64,000 nt of DNA from Candidatus Hydrogenedentota bacterium (GCA_963668025.2 CAXXTH010000017.1:672001-736000), one strand, 5' to 3'; numbered from the stretch's first letter, positions 27,601 to 36,675 are shown. Program-made: numbers and translations. Notes: generated from the sequence alone by a model not told the origin.

Positions 27601-30404
27601 ACATATAGCGCCGCCAGCGAAGGCAGCAAGGATTCCCAATCGCCGCGTCCTTGTTTGAGCGATGGCAGCCAGGAAGCCGTGTTTTCTGGCAGACAACGGC
27701 GGCCCATCGGAAGCAACGCGGGCGTAGGGCCGATTTCGAGATAGGTGTCTATACCCGATGCGGCAAGCGATTCAATACCCGCCTGGAAGCGCACGGCGGC
27801 CCGGGCGTGACGCCGCCAATACGCGGCGTCGAGGACGGTTCCCGGCGGCAGCAGCGTCCCATCCACATTGGACGCCAGCGGCATCGTGAGCGGGTGATAC
27901 GCCACGCGCTGGGCGAACGACTCGAAGGCGTCCAGCATAGGTTCGATGCAGCGGGAATGGAAGGCGTGCGACACATCCAGGCTTTTCGTGCGTATCGCAC
28001 GCACTTTGGCTTCCTGCAACACGGCTTCTAGCGCGTCCGAACGCCCGGAAATGACGGTGAGGTCCGGGGCGTTCACGCCCGCGATGGACATATCCGCCCC
28101 ATGGGGTGCGAGCAATTCGGCGGCGGCATCTTCGCTGGCATACACCACGGCCATGCCGCCTTCGCGGGGCAAGGCGTCCATCAGCCGGGCGCGTTCCGCC
28201 ACGAGGCGCAGGCCGTCTTCTAATGAAAACGCCCCCGCCACGCAGGCCGCCAAATATTCGCCCAAGCTGTGTCCAAGCGCCGCCACGGGCTGGACGCCCC
28301 AGGCGAGTCCGCATTGGGCCAGGGCGTATTCGAGGGCGAACAACGCGGGCTGCGCCCAAGCAGTCTGGCTAATAATCGAGGGGTCTGGGCATGCGCCGAA
28401 CAGCACATCCCGCAGCAGCAGGGTCCGATGCGGGCGCAAGATTTCTTCGCACTGCGCGATGATTTGGCGGAACCGGGGCTCGGTTTCGTACAACTGCCGC
28501 CCCATGCCCGCGTATTGCGCGCCTTGCCCCGTGAACAGAAATGCGATATGGCGCGAATGGGCGTCCGTACGCGCCATCGTGCGCGCATCCGTCTCGCCAC
28601 ACGCCAGGGCTTCGAGGCGCTGGGCAAGGGCCGCCATGTCTTCACCGGGCGCGAGCAATAGCGCCGCACGGCGTTCATGGTGCGTGCGCCCCGCCGCGAC
28701 GGTATGGCAAACGTCGCGCGCGCTTATATCGGGATGCTGTTTAAAATATCGGGCGTAGACGCGTGCGAGGGCGTTCAACGCGGGTTCGGTCTTCGCGGAA
28801 AGAAGCAACACCTCGCTGGGCCGGGCAGGCAAAACCTCCTTCACGGTCGTTTCGGGCGCTTCCTCGATGATGACATGAGCGTTCGAGCCGCCGAATCCGA
28901 AAGCGCTCACGCCCGCGCGGCGGGGCTTTTCGCTCTTGGGCCATGCGGCGGCTTCTGAAGAAACCGCTAATCCGGCGCCGAGTGCAATTAAGGGATTAAT
29001 GTCCTTAAAATGTAGATGCGCGGGAATAAGTTCGTGTTGCATCGCGAGCACGGTTTTGATGAGGCCCGCCATGCCCGCCGCGGATTCGAGGTGCCCGATA
29101 TTGGTTTTCACGGACCCGACGAGGCAAGGCTTGCCAGGCGCGCGCCCTTCGGCATACACGCGCTGGATCGATTCCATCTCGATGGGATCACCCAGCGAGG
29201 TGCCCGTACCGTGGGCTTCTATGTACTCCACGTCCGAAGCGTCCACGCCCGCGCGCGCGAGGGCGTCGCGCATGACGGATTGCTGCGCCGCGCCATTGGG
29301 GGCAGTCAGGCCATTGGTGCGCCCGTCGTGGTTGACCGCCGCACCGCGAATGATCGCCGCGATGGGATCACCATCGGCGAGGGCGTCGCGCAGGCGTTTC
29401 AACACCACCACGCCACAGCCTTCCGAGCGCACATAGCCGTTTGCGCTGGCGTCGAAGGTTTTGCATCGGCCATCTGGGGCGAGCATGCCCGCCTCGGAAA
29501 AGGCGATGGTGATATCCGGCGTCAGGATCAGGTTGACGCCCGCCGCCAAGGCGCAATCCGCATCGCCGTAGCGCAGGCTTTGACAGGCCTGATGCACCGC
29601 CGCGAGCGAAGCCGAACAGGCCGTATCAAGGGCCACGCTGGGGCCATGCAAATCGAGCAAATAGGACAGCCGGTTCGCCGCGATGCTGAAGGCGCTGCCC
29701 GTGGACGTATAGACGCTCAACGGCCCGCCGCCAAATTGGAATTGAGAGTAATCGCTGCTGCTGATGCCCACGAAAACCCCCGTGCGCGAGCCCGCCAGCT
29801 TGGTGGCTGGAATGCCGGCGTCTTCGAGGGCCGCCCAGGCCGTCTCGAGCAGGATGCGCTGTTGCGGGTCCATGGCCGTGGCTTCGCGGGGGGATATGCC
29901 GAAAAAAGCGGCGTCGAATTGGTCCACGCCGTCCAAATATCCACCGAAACGGGTGCAGGTTTTGCCGGGCGTTCCCGGTTTTGGGTCATAGAGCGCATCG
30001 GCGTCCCAACGGTCCGGGGGCGTTTCACGGATGGCGTCACGGCCGCCGCATAACAGCTCCCAGAATTCTTGAGGGGAAGAAGCGCCGGGGAACCGGCAGC
30101 CTATGCCAATGATGGCGATGGCGTCCTCGATGGCCCCGTTACTGGAAGCGGAATGGGCGGATGATTCCGCTTCACCGGCGAGATGGGCGGCCAGCGCGGC
30201 TACCGAAGGATAATTGTATACGATGGTAGGCGACAAGCTGCGGTCCAGCAAATCCTCGAGGTCGCCTGATAACGTTACGGCGTCGCGTGACGACAAGCCA
30301 TAGCTCTCGAAGGGGGCGCCGGGATCGATGGCTTCAGGGGGAATGTCCAGTTCGGATGCAATCTGGGCGGTGAGCCATGCCTGGATGTCTGCTTTGCTCT
30401 TCAC
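24639..30404 (-). CDS. Type I PKS: ACP-KS-AT-KR-ACP-sulfotransferase (Ols/CurM-like, no fused TE)
   Basis: GLSS ACP; KS DTACS/HGTGT/NIGH; AT GHSLG + HAFH (malonyl); KR TGGLGGLG, LDD, YAAAN; ACP GLDS; PAPS loop SPRSGSTL; ends FEEGRI. Confidence 0.93.
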   Translation of the reverse strand: MKSKADIQAWLTAQIASELDIPPEAIDPGAPFESYGLSSRDAVTLSGDLEDLLDRSLSPTIVYNYPSVAALAAHLAGEAESSAHSASSNGAIEDAIAIIGIGCRFPGASSPQEFWELLCGGRDAIRETPPDRWDADALYDPKPGTPGKTCTRFGGYLDGVDQFDAAFFGISPREATAMDPQQRILLETAWAALEDAGIPATKLAGSRTGVFVGISSSDYSQFQFGGGPLSVYTSTGSAFSIAANRLSYLLDLHGPSVALDTACSASLAAVHQACQSLRYGDADCALAAGVNLILTPDITIAFSEAGMLAPDGRCKTFDASANGYVRSEGCGVVVLKRLRDALADGDPIAAIIRGAAVNHDGRTNGLTAPNGAAQQSVMRDALARAGVDASDVEYIEAHGTGTSLGDPIEMESIQRVYAEGRAPGKPCLVGSVKTNIGHLESAAGMAGLIKTVLAMQHELIPAHLHFKDINPLIALGAGLAVSSEAAAWPKSEKPRRAGVSAFGFGGSNAHVIIEEAPETTVKEVLPARPSEVLLLSAKTEPALNALARVYARYFKQHPDISARDVCHTVAAGRTHHERRAALLLAPGEDMAALAQRLEALACGETDARTMARTDAHSRHIAFLFTGQGAQYAGMGRQLYETEPRFRQIIAQCEEILRPHRTLLLRDVLFGACPDPSIISQTAWAQPALFALEYALAQCGLAWGVQPVAALGHSLGEYLAACVAGAFSLEDGLRLVAERARLMDALPREGGMAVVYASEDAAAELLAPHGADMSIAGVNAPDLTVISGRSDALEAVLQEAKVRAIRTKSLDVSHAFHSRCIEPMLDAFESFAQRVAYHPLTMPLASNVDGTLLPPGTVLDAAYWRRHARAAVRFQAGIESLAASGIDTYLEIGPTPALLPMGRRCLPENTASWLPSLKQGRGDWESLLPSLAALYVQGAPVDWAAFEQARPGRRMALPTYPFQRQRYWIADGQARTAARQATPPPKAALDVDGLLYELQWKQTGASAGNGAFLTEAPWLIFADASGVAEAFAAQARAAGGRCVVAYPGAAFTYQGERAELASASPMQYRQLLDKALGDAAACAVLYAWGLDAHSEGFAHHTAAEGLVYLLQALLTRPIVTDARLMIVTRGAQAVADSLESPALAQSLLWGLGRVVMQEHPEFGPVLVDLDPMSAPPEVEALWRESMNAPGARQAAWRGAVRYEARLARKQTSNAPMPPMRIRPDASYLITGGLGGLGLEAARGLAEQGARHIILLGRTPLPPREAWNALEPNSRDGLRVAAVRSIEALGATVYTASVDVSELEALRAWHAGFLQAPAPPIAGVLHGAGILDDKLLLHLDAASLASVIKPKAAGAWALHQLFQGQPLDFFIVYSSAASLLGSPGQGNYAAANAWLDAFVQWRRAQGLHALAMNWGPWSEVGMAVETGMNAQLERRGVTGLPPQEAMAALWRALEADWTHVCVFRADWEKLAHASHALADSGFLDSLLSAPVLEEEGPSPQAIRTAAPMERIALLRGYIRVQLARVLGMAGSAIPDEQNVLELGLDSIMVMEIVRTLEHDLRFRVHPREVFERPVVAELAAYLSEELERAEGRGGASSGAIDSESLARWVRGGGTPDEAPPRRLPGAAFLLSSPRSGSTLMRVMLAGHPGLFCPPELHLLPFATMSERQEALGLSYLGEGLQRALMELDGRALASAEALVSEQVAAEQPTWEMYRLLLEAAAPKLLLDKSPSYAVEQGTLLRAEMWFEGARYIHLARHPYAVIESFVRNRFDKLIGAGGVDPYALAEEVWVRSNRNLLEFGRSVGKERCLLVKYEELVSAPEIVMRRVCGFLDILFDPAVLEPYNGKRMTDGVKESSLGIGDPNFLARSRIEGGLGEAWRRIHLPNPLGEAARQIAVELGYELPAEADARVHPTETEVFEEGRI

Positions 30405-32128
30405 GTCGCCGCCCGGACTCCTTCCAATGCTCCCGATAGATATAGCGCCTTGCAGGCGCGCCGCTGGAGTTTGCCACTGGTGGTCATGGGGACGCTGCCC
30501 GTTTTCACGAGCACGATGTCATGAACATGCAGTTCATGAACTTGATTTACTGCCGTGCGGACCGCGCGTTCGACTTCCTCCGCGTTCAGGTTGCGCAAAT
30601 AAGGCAAGGCGACTTCCTGTATGATGACGAGCAGTTCCTGGCCGTCTTCTTCGATGGAGAAGGCGGTTCCTATCGCGCCCTCGAGGGCGGGGTGGCTTTG
30701 GGAGGAGGTTAATTCGATGTCTTGCGGATAATGGTTCACGCCATCAATAATGATGAGATCCTTGATGCGCCCCGCTACAAAGAGCTCGCCGTCGTGCATA
30801 AAGCCCAGATCGCCGGAGCGAAGATAGGGGCCTTCGCCCGTATCGGAGATATAGGTGTTGACGACGCGGGCCGATTCTTCCGGCGCTTCCCAATAACTGG
30901 ACATCACACACGGCCCGGCCACCCAAATCTCGCCTACGCGCCCCTCGGGGCAGCGCGCCAAGGTTTCCGGGTCCACGATGGCCAGTTTCGTTTCGGGCGA
31001 TGGCTGCCCGGAACCGGCATGGATGCGCCCCGTTCCTGGCGCGGCAAGGACGACTTCCCGGCGCGTGAGGGCTTCGGGATCGACTTCGAGCCCCACGGGG
31101 CGTTTCGGCCCGCCACCCGCGACAAACAGCGTAGCTTCGGCCAGCCCGTAGCAGGGCAAAAACGCCTCCTTGCGGAATCCGCATGGAGCGAATTTCTCGG
31201 AGAATCGCTCGATGGTGCTGTATTGCACCGGCTCCGCGCCATTGAACGCCACTTTCCACGAGCTGAGGTCGAGCTCCTTGAGTTGCTCGGGCTTGACTTT
31301 GCGCACGCAGAGGTCATACGAGAAATTCGGCCCGCCGCCGGTGCGCCCTTGATAGCGAGTAATGGCCCGCAGCCAGCGTATCGGGCGCTGCAAAAACGCC
31401 AAAGGCGACATGACCACGCCAAAAGAACCGAGATACATGGGCTGCAAAATATTCCCGATAAGGCCCATATCGTGGTAATAAGGCGTCCAACTGATGACCG
31501 AGGATTCTTCGGTGTGCTGGAAGGCCTGTTGGATCATCACCTGGTTATGCAGAATGTTGCCATGGGTGACTTGCACGCCCTTCGGGAAGGCGGTCGAGCC
31601 GGAAGTATATTGTAGAAACGCCAGCGTATCTGGTTCCGAGCAGGGGTCTTCCCATGGCTCGTCCGGCAGGCTGTCCACATCTTCCATGAACAACCATTCG
31701 AGGCCGGCGGCCATACCAGTCTCTTCACGCAAGGGAATGAGCCGCTCAAAAATGCCGTGTTCCGTAAGGGCGAAGCGCGCCCGGGAATTGTTCAGGATAT
31801 TTTGCAATCGAGGCATGGTGCGGTTGTTATGGGGCGGGCACACGGGCACCGCCACCACGCCGCCATATAAACATCCGAAGAATGCGAGGATGAAGTTCAG
31901 TCCCGGTGTGAACAGGAGCACGGCCCGTTCACCATGGCCGCCCCGGCGGGCCAATTCCGCTCCGAGCGCCCGGGCGCGCCGGTCCAGTTCGGCATAGGTT
32001 AACCGGCTTTCATCTTGTTCGCCATCATTCAAAAATATATACGCTATTTGATCCGGCTGATGGAGCACCCGCTCGCGCAATAATTCGACAAGCGTACGGT
32101 ATCCGACCTGCCGCCGAGAATCCATCAT
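30401..32128 (-). CDS. Fatty acyl-AMP ligase (FAAL)
   Basis: LQYTSGST, HDMGLIG, CYGLAEATL, FAAL insertion, SGDLGF, TTSGKLQR; GTGA overlap with PKS start. Confidence 0.92.
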   Translation of the reverse strand: MMDSRRQVGYRTLVELLRERVLHQPDQIAYIFLNDGEQDESRLTYAELDRRARALGAELARRGGHGERAVLLFTPGLNFILAFFGCLYGGVVAVPVCPPHNNRTMPRLQNILNNSRARFALTEHGIFERLIPLREETGMAAGLEWLFMEDVDSLPDEPWEDPCSEPDTLAFLQYTSGSTAFPKGVQVTHGNILHNQVMIQQAFQHTEESSVISWTPYYHDMGLIGNILQPMYLGSFGVVMSPLAFLQRPIRWLRAITRYQGRTGGGPNFSYDLCVRKVKPEQLKELDLSSWKVAFNGAEPVQYSTIERFSEKFAPCGFRKEAFLPCYGLAEATLFVAGGGPKRPVGLEVDPEALTRREVVLAAPGTGRIHAGSGQPSPETKLAIVDPETLARCPEGRVGEIWVAGPCVMSSYWEAPEESARVVNTYISDTGEGPYLRSGDLGFMHDGELFVAGRIKDLIIIDGVNHYPQDIELTSSQSHPALEGAIGTAFSIEEDGQELLVIIQEVALPYLRNLNAEEVERAVRTAVNQVHELHVHDIVLVKTGSVPMTTSGKLQRRACKALYLSGALEGVRAAT

Positions 32129-32344
32129 CGGCGCTATTCTCCTGTTTGGATGTGTTCACCCGCTGGCATGCAGACGGGCATTTTACCATTTTCAGGCATG
32201 GAATTCACTAAAAACGCGCAAGCTGCCATATTGGACAACTTGATCCGACCCGGCCATAAATCAATACAAACTAGAATACAATTCGAGTGGCTTTCGGTTA
32301 CAGGCTTGATACAAAAAAAGGTTTTAGTTATACTCCCTCGCATT

Positions 32345-32869
32345 ATGCGAGATGAAATGACATTATCGATACCGGTATGGGCGGATGCGCATGAGCGGAG
32401 CGTTGTGTCCGCTGTAATGGAATCGATTGCGGTGGCGGGCGCAATGGCGCTGGCCGCACGGGTTCAGTTTTCGCTGATGCCATTTTCCCCAGCGCCACTC
32501 ACGTTGCAGACGTTTGTGGTGTTGTTGGCGGGATATATGGTAGGCCCTCGGCGCGCATCGGCGGGCCTGATGGCGTTCGCGGTCCTTGGCGCGTTTGGCG
32601 CGCCCATCCTTGCCGCGCCGCTCGGCGTGACGCTGGGTTATCTGGCGGCGTTTTTAGCCGTGCCATGGGTGGCCACCCGGTTCCGCAACACCGTCGTAGG
32701 CGTGGCGGCCGGGACGCTCCTGATTTATGTCCTCGGTGCAGCCTGGATGGCCCTCTACACCCATTCGCTTCAAACAGCTATCGTTGCGGGCGTATTACCT
32801 TTCTTGCCCGGTGACGCCCTGAAAGCAGCCGCAGCCGCAAAACTGGCGGAGCGCTATCGCCGCGACTAA
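32345..32869 (+). CDS. bioY: BioY biotin transporter S-component
   Basis: P.TLQTF, LG..G.P, T.GYL, GVLPFLPGDALK motifs. Confidence 0.88.
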   Translation: MRDEMTLSIPVWADAHERSVVSAVMESIAVAGAMALAARVQFSLMPFSPAPLTLQTFVVLLAGYMVGPRRASAGLMAFAVLGAFGAPILAAPLGVTLGYLAAFLAVPWVATRFRNTVVGVAAGTLLIYVLGAAWMALYTHSLQTAIVAGVLPFLPGDALKAAAAAKLAERYRRD

Positions 32870-32877
32870 CCAACACA

Positions 32878-33550
32878 TGGGACTACAGCTACCGGTATGG
32901 CGGTAAATTCTATGGGTTTACATCAAGCACAGGAAGCGACACGGTGTATGATTATTGCGGAGACGGGACGCGATGGAAGCGCTCTGTGGATGGAACGGTG
33001 ACGAATGTGTATTATTGGGATGAGAACTATACAGTCGTGAATGAGGAGATAGGCGTACGTGGGTTTATGCATGTAGGCAGGACGCTGGCGTATCGGGATT
33101 TTGATGCGGGAGCGCAAACCACCACGTGGATATATTACTACGGCGACCAGCTTGGTTCCACGCGGCGGCTTAGAGATAGCGCGAAGAATTCCATGGCCCA
33201 GTTTGAGTTCGATCCATACGGTCTTTTTTATGCACAGTCGGAAACGATCAACGCCACCACCCACCTCTATGCCGGCCTTGACTATGACTCCGTGGCCGCG
33301 TTCCATTTTGCGCCTTACAGAATTTGCGCCTTACAGGACTTACAAAGCTCACTGGGGCCGATGGTTCTCTCGTGATCCGCTCGGTATGGTCGATGGGCCA
33401 AATGTATATGCGTATGTGAAAGGAGCATCTTTGAATAGACGCGATTTTACAGGGCTTTATCGCAAGGCAATTGCCCTGAAATGCCCCTTTTTAGGCCGTT
33501 GGGGGCTCTGTAGACGTTCCACGAGGGGTTCCGTAATTTGGACAGGCTAA
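32878..33550 (+). pseudogene. Truncated, frameshifted RHS-repeat-associated core fragment
   Basis: YYGDQLGSTR, FDPYG, HFAPYR in one frame; GRWFSRDPLGMVDGPNVYAYV...DFTGL in the next; 16-bp duplication at 33307-33338 explains the shift. Confidence 0.85.
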
Positions 33551-33708
33551 CGCGCCGCTCGGTAGACCTCATCCTGAAAATCAGGAAAACGGACCGAAAA
33601 CCTGTCCAAAAGACTAACGAATTCAACTATACAGGTCCGATGGCGGCGCTAATTTGGATAGCAGTGTCATCGGGCGAATGCTCGGAGAAATAAAGCGAGA
33701 AAAGCGGA

Positions 33709-34467
33709 GTGCAGTGTATGTTTCCTTGTGGAACTGATTTGGCTAACGGAACTAGTGTCTTGAGGTGGGCTGCGGTATGGATCATAATTTTGTTGTTGGG
33801 GTTTGGTAAGAGGAATGGAATTTGTTGGATTGTCGGAGTTTCCATATGCCTCATTTCTACGTGGTTTTTTGACGAGATCATAAATGACATATTATTCTAT
33901 ATTGATGGTGAACGACAAACGCCTAATGTAGGATCTACAGTGTTGTATGCTTTTCCATTGGCAATAGCATTAGTAATACTTGTTTCGCCATATATTTTTC
34001 TGGTAAGACAATTTTTTGGCAATCGTTTTATTGTACCAGCGCTACAATATTTCTTTTTACTATCTATTGACTTTTCTTATACAGCTTTGTTGGTGCCAAA
34101 ATCTATTCCACTTTCCAGTGTTTTTAGGTTATTAGTAGATTTTAGGTTCTACTGCATACCTGCTCTTGTATTGGTTTCTTTCTACTTATACGCGAAAAGA
34201 ACGATACCTTCCAATACTACGATTCTGAAAAGAGCTAAGCCTCTTGCTATACTTCTGTCAATACCAATAGGGCAGTTGGTTTTGCTGGTTTGTTCGGGGG
34301 TTTTGTGTTCGGTTTTTGCAGATGGTATATTTTATGCGTGTGTCGTAGGGTTACAATTGGCATTATTAGTTTGTGTTTTTCATGCAGCAATCTTGCTCGT
34401 GCCATATTGTATTTGGAACATCTTCAATGTAGGTTTGCTAGAGAGGTTTAGAGCTATCTACTCATAA
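33709..34467 (+). CDS. Low-GC multi-pass membrane protein (possible Rhs immunity protein)
   Basis: 252-aa hydrophobic ORF, strongly AT-rich, directly downstream of the Rhs remnant; start uncertain. Confidence 0.5.
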   Translation: MQCMFPCGTDLANGTSVLRWAAVWIIILLLGFGKRNGICWIVGVSICLISTWFFDEIINDILFYIDGERQTPNVGSTVLYAFPLAIALVILVSPYIFLVRQFFGNRFIVPALQYFFLLSIDFSYTALLVPKSIPLSSVFRLLVDFRFYCIPALVLVSFYLYAKRTIPSNTTILKRAKPLAILLSIPIGQLVLLVCSGVLCSVFADGIFYACVVGLQLALLVCVFHAAILLVPYCIWNIFNVGLLERFRAIYS

Positions 34468-34742
34468 TTGCAGACGGACATCCGCCTGTCTCGGCGAAAT
34501 TCAACATGAAGATATGCGGTCGCTTCTATCAGTAAATCTACGTGTGCTTTTCCTATGACCTGGAATCATAGGGCCGTGTTCCGGCACATATCCTGTTATA
34601 GAAGGCGTTGCCAGGATGTTGGGTACCGGGATATTGGGTATTTCAGCGGTGAAGAACCGCTTTTTTTCGCGTAGAAGCAGTTGAATGAGTTGAGGATGCG
34701 CCGGTGCGGGGAGTTTTTTCTTCGCATCGGCGCTTTTTTTTG

Positions 34743-34778
34743 TTGACTTCTGGTACGGAAGTATATATACTTCCGTAC
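34743..34778 (+). promoter_or_regulatory. IS sigma70 promoter overlapped by a 26-bp perfect palindrome
   Basis: TTGACT (34743-34748)-N17-TATACT (34766-34771); palindrome GTACGGAAGTATATATACTTCCGTAC 34753-34778. Confidence 0.8.
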
Positions 34779-35126
34779 ATGGAAGGGAAACCTGTCACGA
34801 ACTCGGCGGGACGCAAGGTCCAGGCGCGCCTGGCGCGTCTGGGGCCCTTTCTTCCCGCCACGCTCACCATCACCCGCAGCCGCTGCGGGAACCCGCGCTG
34901 CCGGTGCGTCCAGGAAGGGCCGATCCATGAAACGGCCCTGCTGACGTGGAAGGAGGGCGGGAAGACCCGCACCCTCCACGTGCCCCGTGAATTGCGCCGC
35001 GAAGTGGCGCAATGGATTGAGGAATGGAAAAAGCTCAAGAAGCTCGTCGAGGCCATGGGCGCGGCCCAACGGCAGTTCCTGCAAACCCGCAAGAAGAGCA
35101 TCCGGAAATCATCCGGGCCTTCTTGA
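34779..35126 (+). CDS. DUF6788-like small zinc-binding IS accessory protein
   Basis: RCGNPRCRC....IH motif, GKTRT.HV, basic C-terminal helix; located upstream of the transposase. Confidence 0.75.
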   Translation: MEGKPVTNSAGRKVQARLARLGPFLPATLTITRSRCGNPRCRCVQEGPIHETALLTWKEGGKTRTLHVPRELRREVAQWIEEWKKLKKLVEAMGAAQRQFLQTRKKSIRKSSGPS

Positions 35127-36460
35127 GGACGTTCACCCACTTCTTTGGCCCGGTGCGCAAGCGCTTTGCGGGCTTGCCCGATCCCCGCAAACCCGAGCAA
35201 GCCGGCGACGTGGACTACAGTGTCGCGTCGCTGGTGTTCTTGGGAGTGCTGATGTTCGCATGCCGGCTCGGGGCGCGCCGGCAAGTCCGCCTGCAGTTGT
35301 ACACGACGTTCATGGTCCATCTGTACAAGGTCTTGTTTGACGTGGACAGCGTGCCGCATGGCGATACGATGAACGGGGTATTTCGCGGTTTGCCGTTCGA
35401 GGCGGTCCAGGAACTCGTTTCCGGCATGACGCAGACGCTCATCGACAAGAAGGTGTTGTACCCCCACCGCCTGTTCGGGCGCTACTACGTGGCGGCCATC
35501 GACGCCACGGGGACACGCAGTTATGATCATCGCCACTGCGCCCATTGCCTCACGCGCAAGCACAAGAGCGGCAAGATCACCTACTACCATCCCGTGCTGG
35601 AGTCCAAGATCGTCACGCCAAACGGGTGGGTCTTTTCGCTCATGACGGAGTTCATTGAGAATCTAGAGGAAGACCTGGCGAAAAGCGAGCAACAACGCAA
35701 GCAGGATTGCGAGACCAAAGCCTTCTACCGGCTGGCCCCACGCCTGCATGCCCGATTCCCCCGCTTGCCGCTGCTGTTGGCGATGGACGGCCTGTACGCC
35801 ACGGGACCGGTGTTTCGGCTGTGCCAGCAATATGGCTGGAAGTTCATGATTACGCTCACGGACGGCCAATTGGCCACCGTGAACGAAGAATTCGAGAGCC
35901 TCGCGGCCGCGACGCCCGAAAACCAGCTTACGTGGCGTTGCGGCAACAAGAAGGAAATCCACCAGCAGTTTCGCTGGGTCAACGACATCCCCTACCGCGA
36001 TTCCGAGCGGCGTGAACACATCCTGTCCGTGCTCGAATGCGTGGACACCCGCCCGGACGCGGAAGGCATGATAAAGAAAACCAAGTTCAAATGGGTGACC
36101 AACGTATCCGTATCCGCGCACAATGCGGCCGCCTTGGCCAATGAAGGAGGACGCTTACGCTGGAAGATTGAAAATGAAGCATTCAACGTGCAGAAAAACG
36201 GCGGCTACAACCTCGAACACGCCTATACCCAAAACGAACAGGCCAGTAAGATCTACTACCTCTTGATGCAGATAGCCCATCTGCTCATGCAACTCCTGGA
36301 GGATGGCAGCCTTCTGGCCGCCCACTTTCCAAAAGGATTCGGCTCCGCCAGAAACCTTGCCCATCGCCTCCTCGAAGCCCTGCGCAACGCCACCCTGTCC
36401 CGCGAACAATATGACGCCCTCTGCACCGAGGCCATCCAGATCCGCTTCAGTTCCGCGTAG
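35024..36460 (+). CDS. DDE transposase
   Basis: AIDATG, AMDGLYA, RWKIENEAFNVQKNGGYNLEH catalytic motifs; lies within terminal IRs; start uncertain. Confidence 0.9.
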   Translation: MEKAQEARRGHGRGPTAVPANPQEEHPEIIRAFLRTFTHFFGPVRKRFAGLPDPRKPEQAGDVDYSVASLVFLGVLMFACRLGARRQVRLQLYTTFMVHLYKVLFDVDSVPHGDTMNGVFRGLPFEAVQELVSGMTQTLIDKKVLYPHRLFGRYYVAAIDATGTRSYDHRHCAHCLTRKHKSGKITYYHPVLESKIVTPNGWVFSLMTEFIENLEEDLAKSEQQRKQDCETKAFYRLAPRLHARFPRLPLLLAMDGLYATGPVFRLCQQYGWKFMITLTDGQLATVNEEFESLAAATPENQLTWRCGNKKEIHQQFRWVNDIPYRDSERREHILSVLECVDTRPDAEGMIKKTKFKWVTNVSVSAHNAAALANEGGRLRWKIENEAFNVQKNGGYNLEHAYTQNEQASKIYYLLMQIAHLLMQLLEDGSLLAAHFPKGFGSARNLAHRLLEALRNATLSREQYDALCTEAIQIRFSSA

Positions 36461-36675
36461 AGAGCCCGCGAGTTCCCGGTTGCGCCGCCCACCCTGCACG
36501 TCACGCCCCCCGTTCACCGGCTTCTACGCATAGCCCACGCTACTCCTATTGCCCGTCGGCCTCGCCACCCCCCGTCTAACCCGCATCACCTCAACGCCTG
36601 ACCCTGGGGCGCCGCTATTCTTCACCGCTGTGCGCTAAGGCATTGTTATGTTTGTCCTCTATATGATTAAATACT

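Larger units (their letters stand above)
34644..36630 (+). mobile_element. Insertion sequence (~1.99 kb; DUF6788-like accessory ORF + DDE transposase; ISNCY/ISAs1-like)
   Basis: 13-bp perfect terminal inverted repeats CAGCGGTGAAGAA (34644-34656) and TTCTTCACCGCTG (36618-36630); no target duplication evident. Confidence 0.88.

Noticed and set aside
24639-32128. Canonical olefin (1-alkene) synthase
   Set aside because: No TE fused after the sulfotransferase; the neighbouring TE is a typical type II enzyme and the PKS ends in a docking-like motif. Not excluded experimentally.
34630-36645. Target-site duplication flanking the IS
   Set aside because: Flanks GGGTATTT and TGCGCTAA share no direct repeat.
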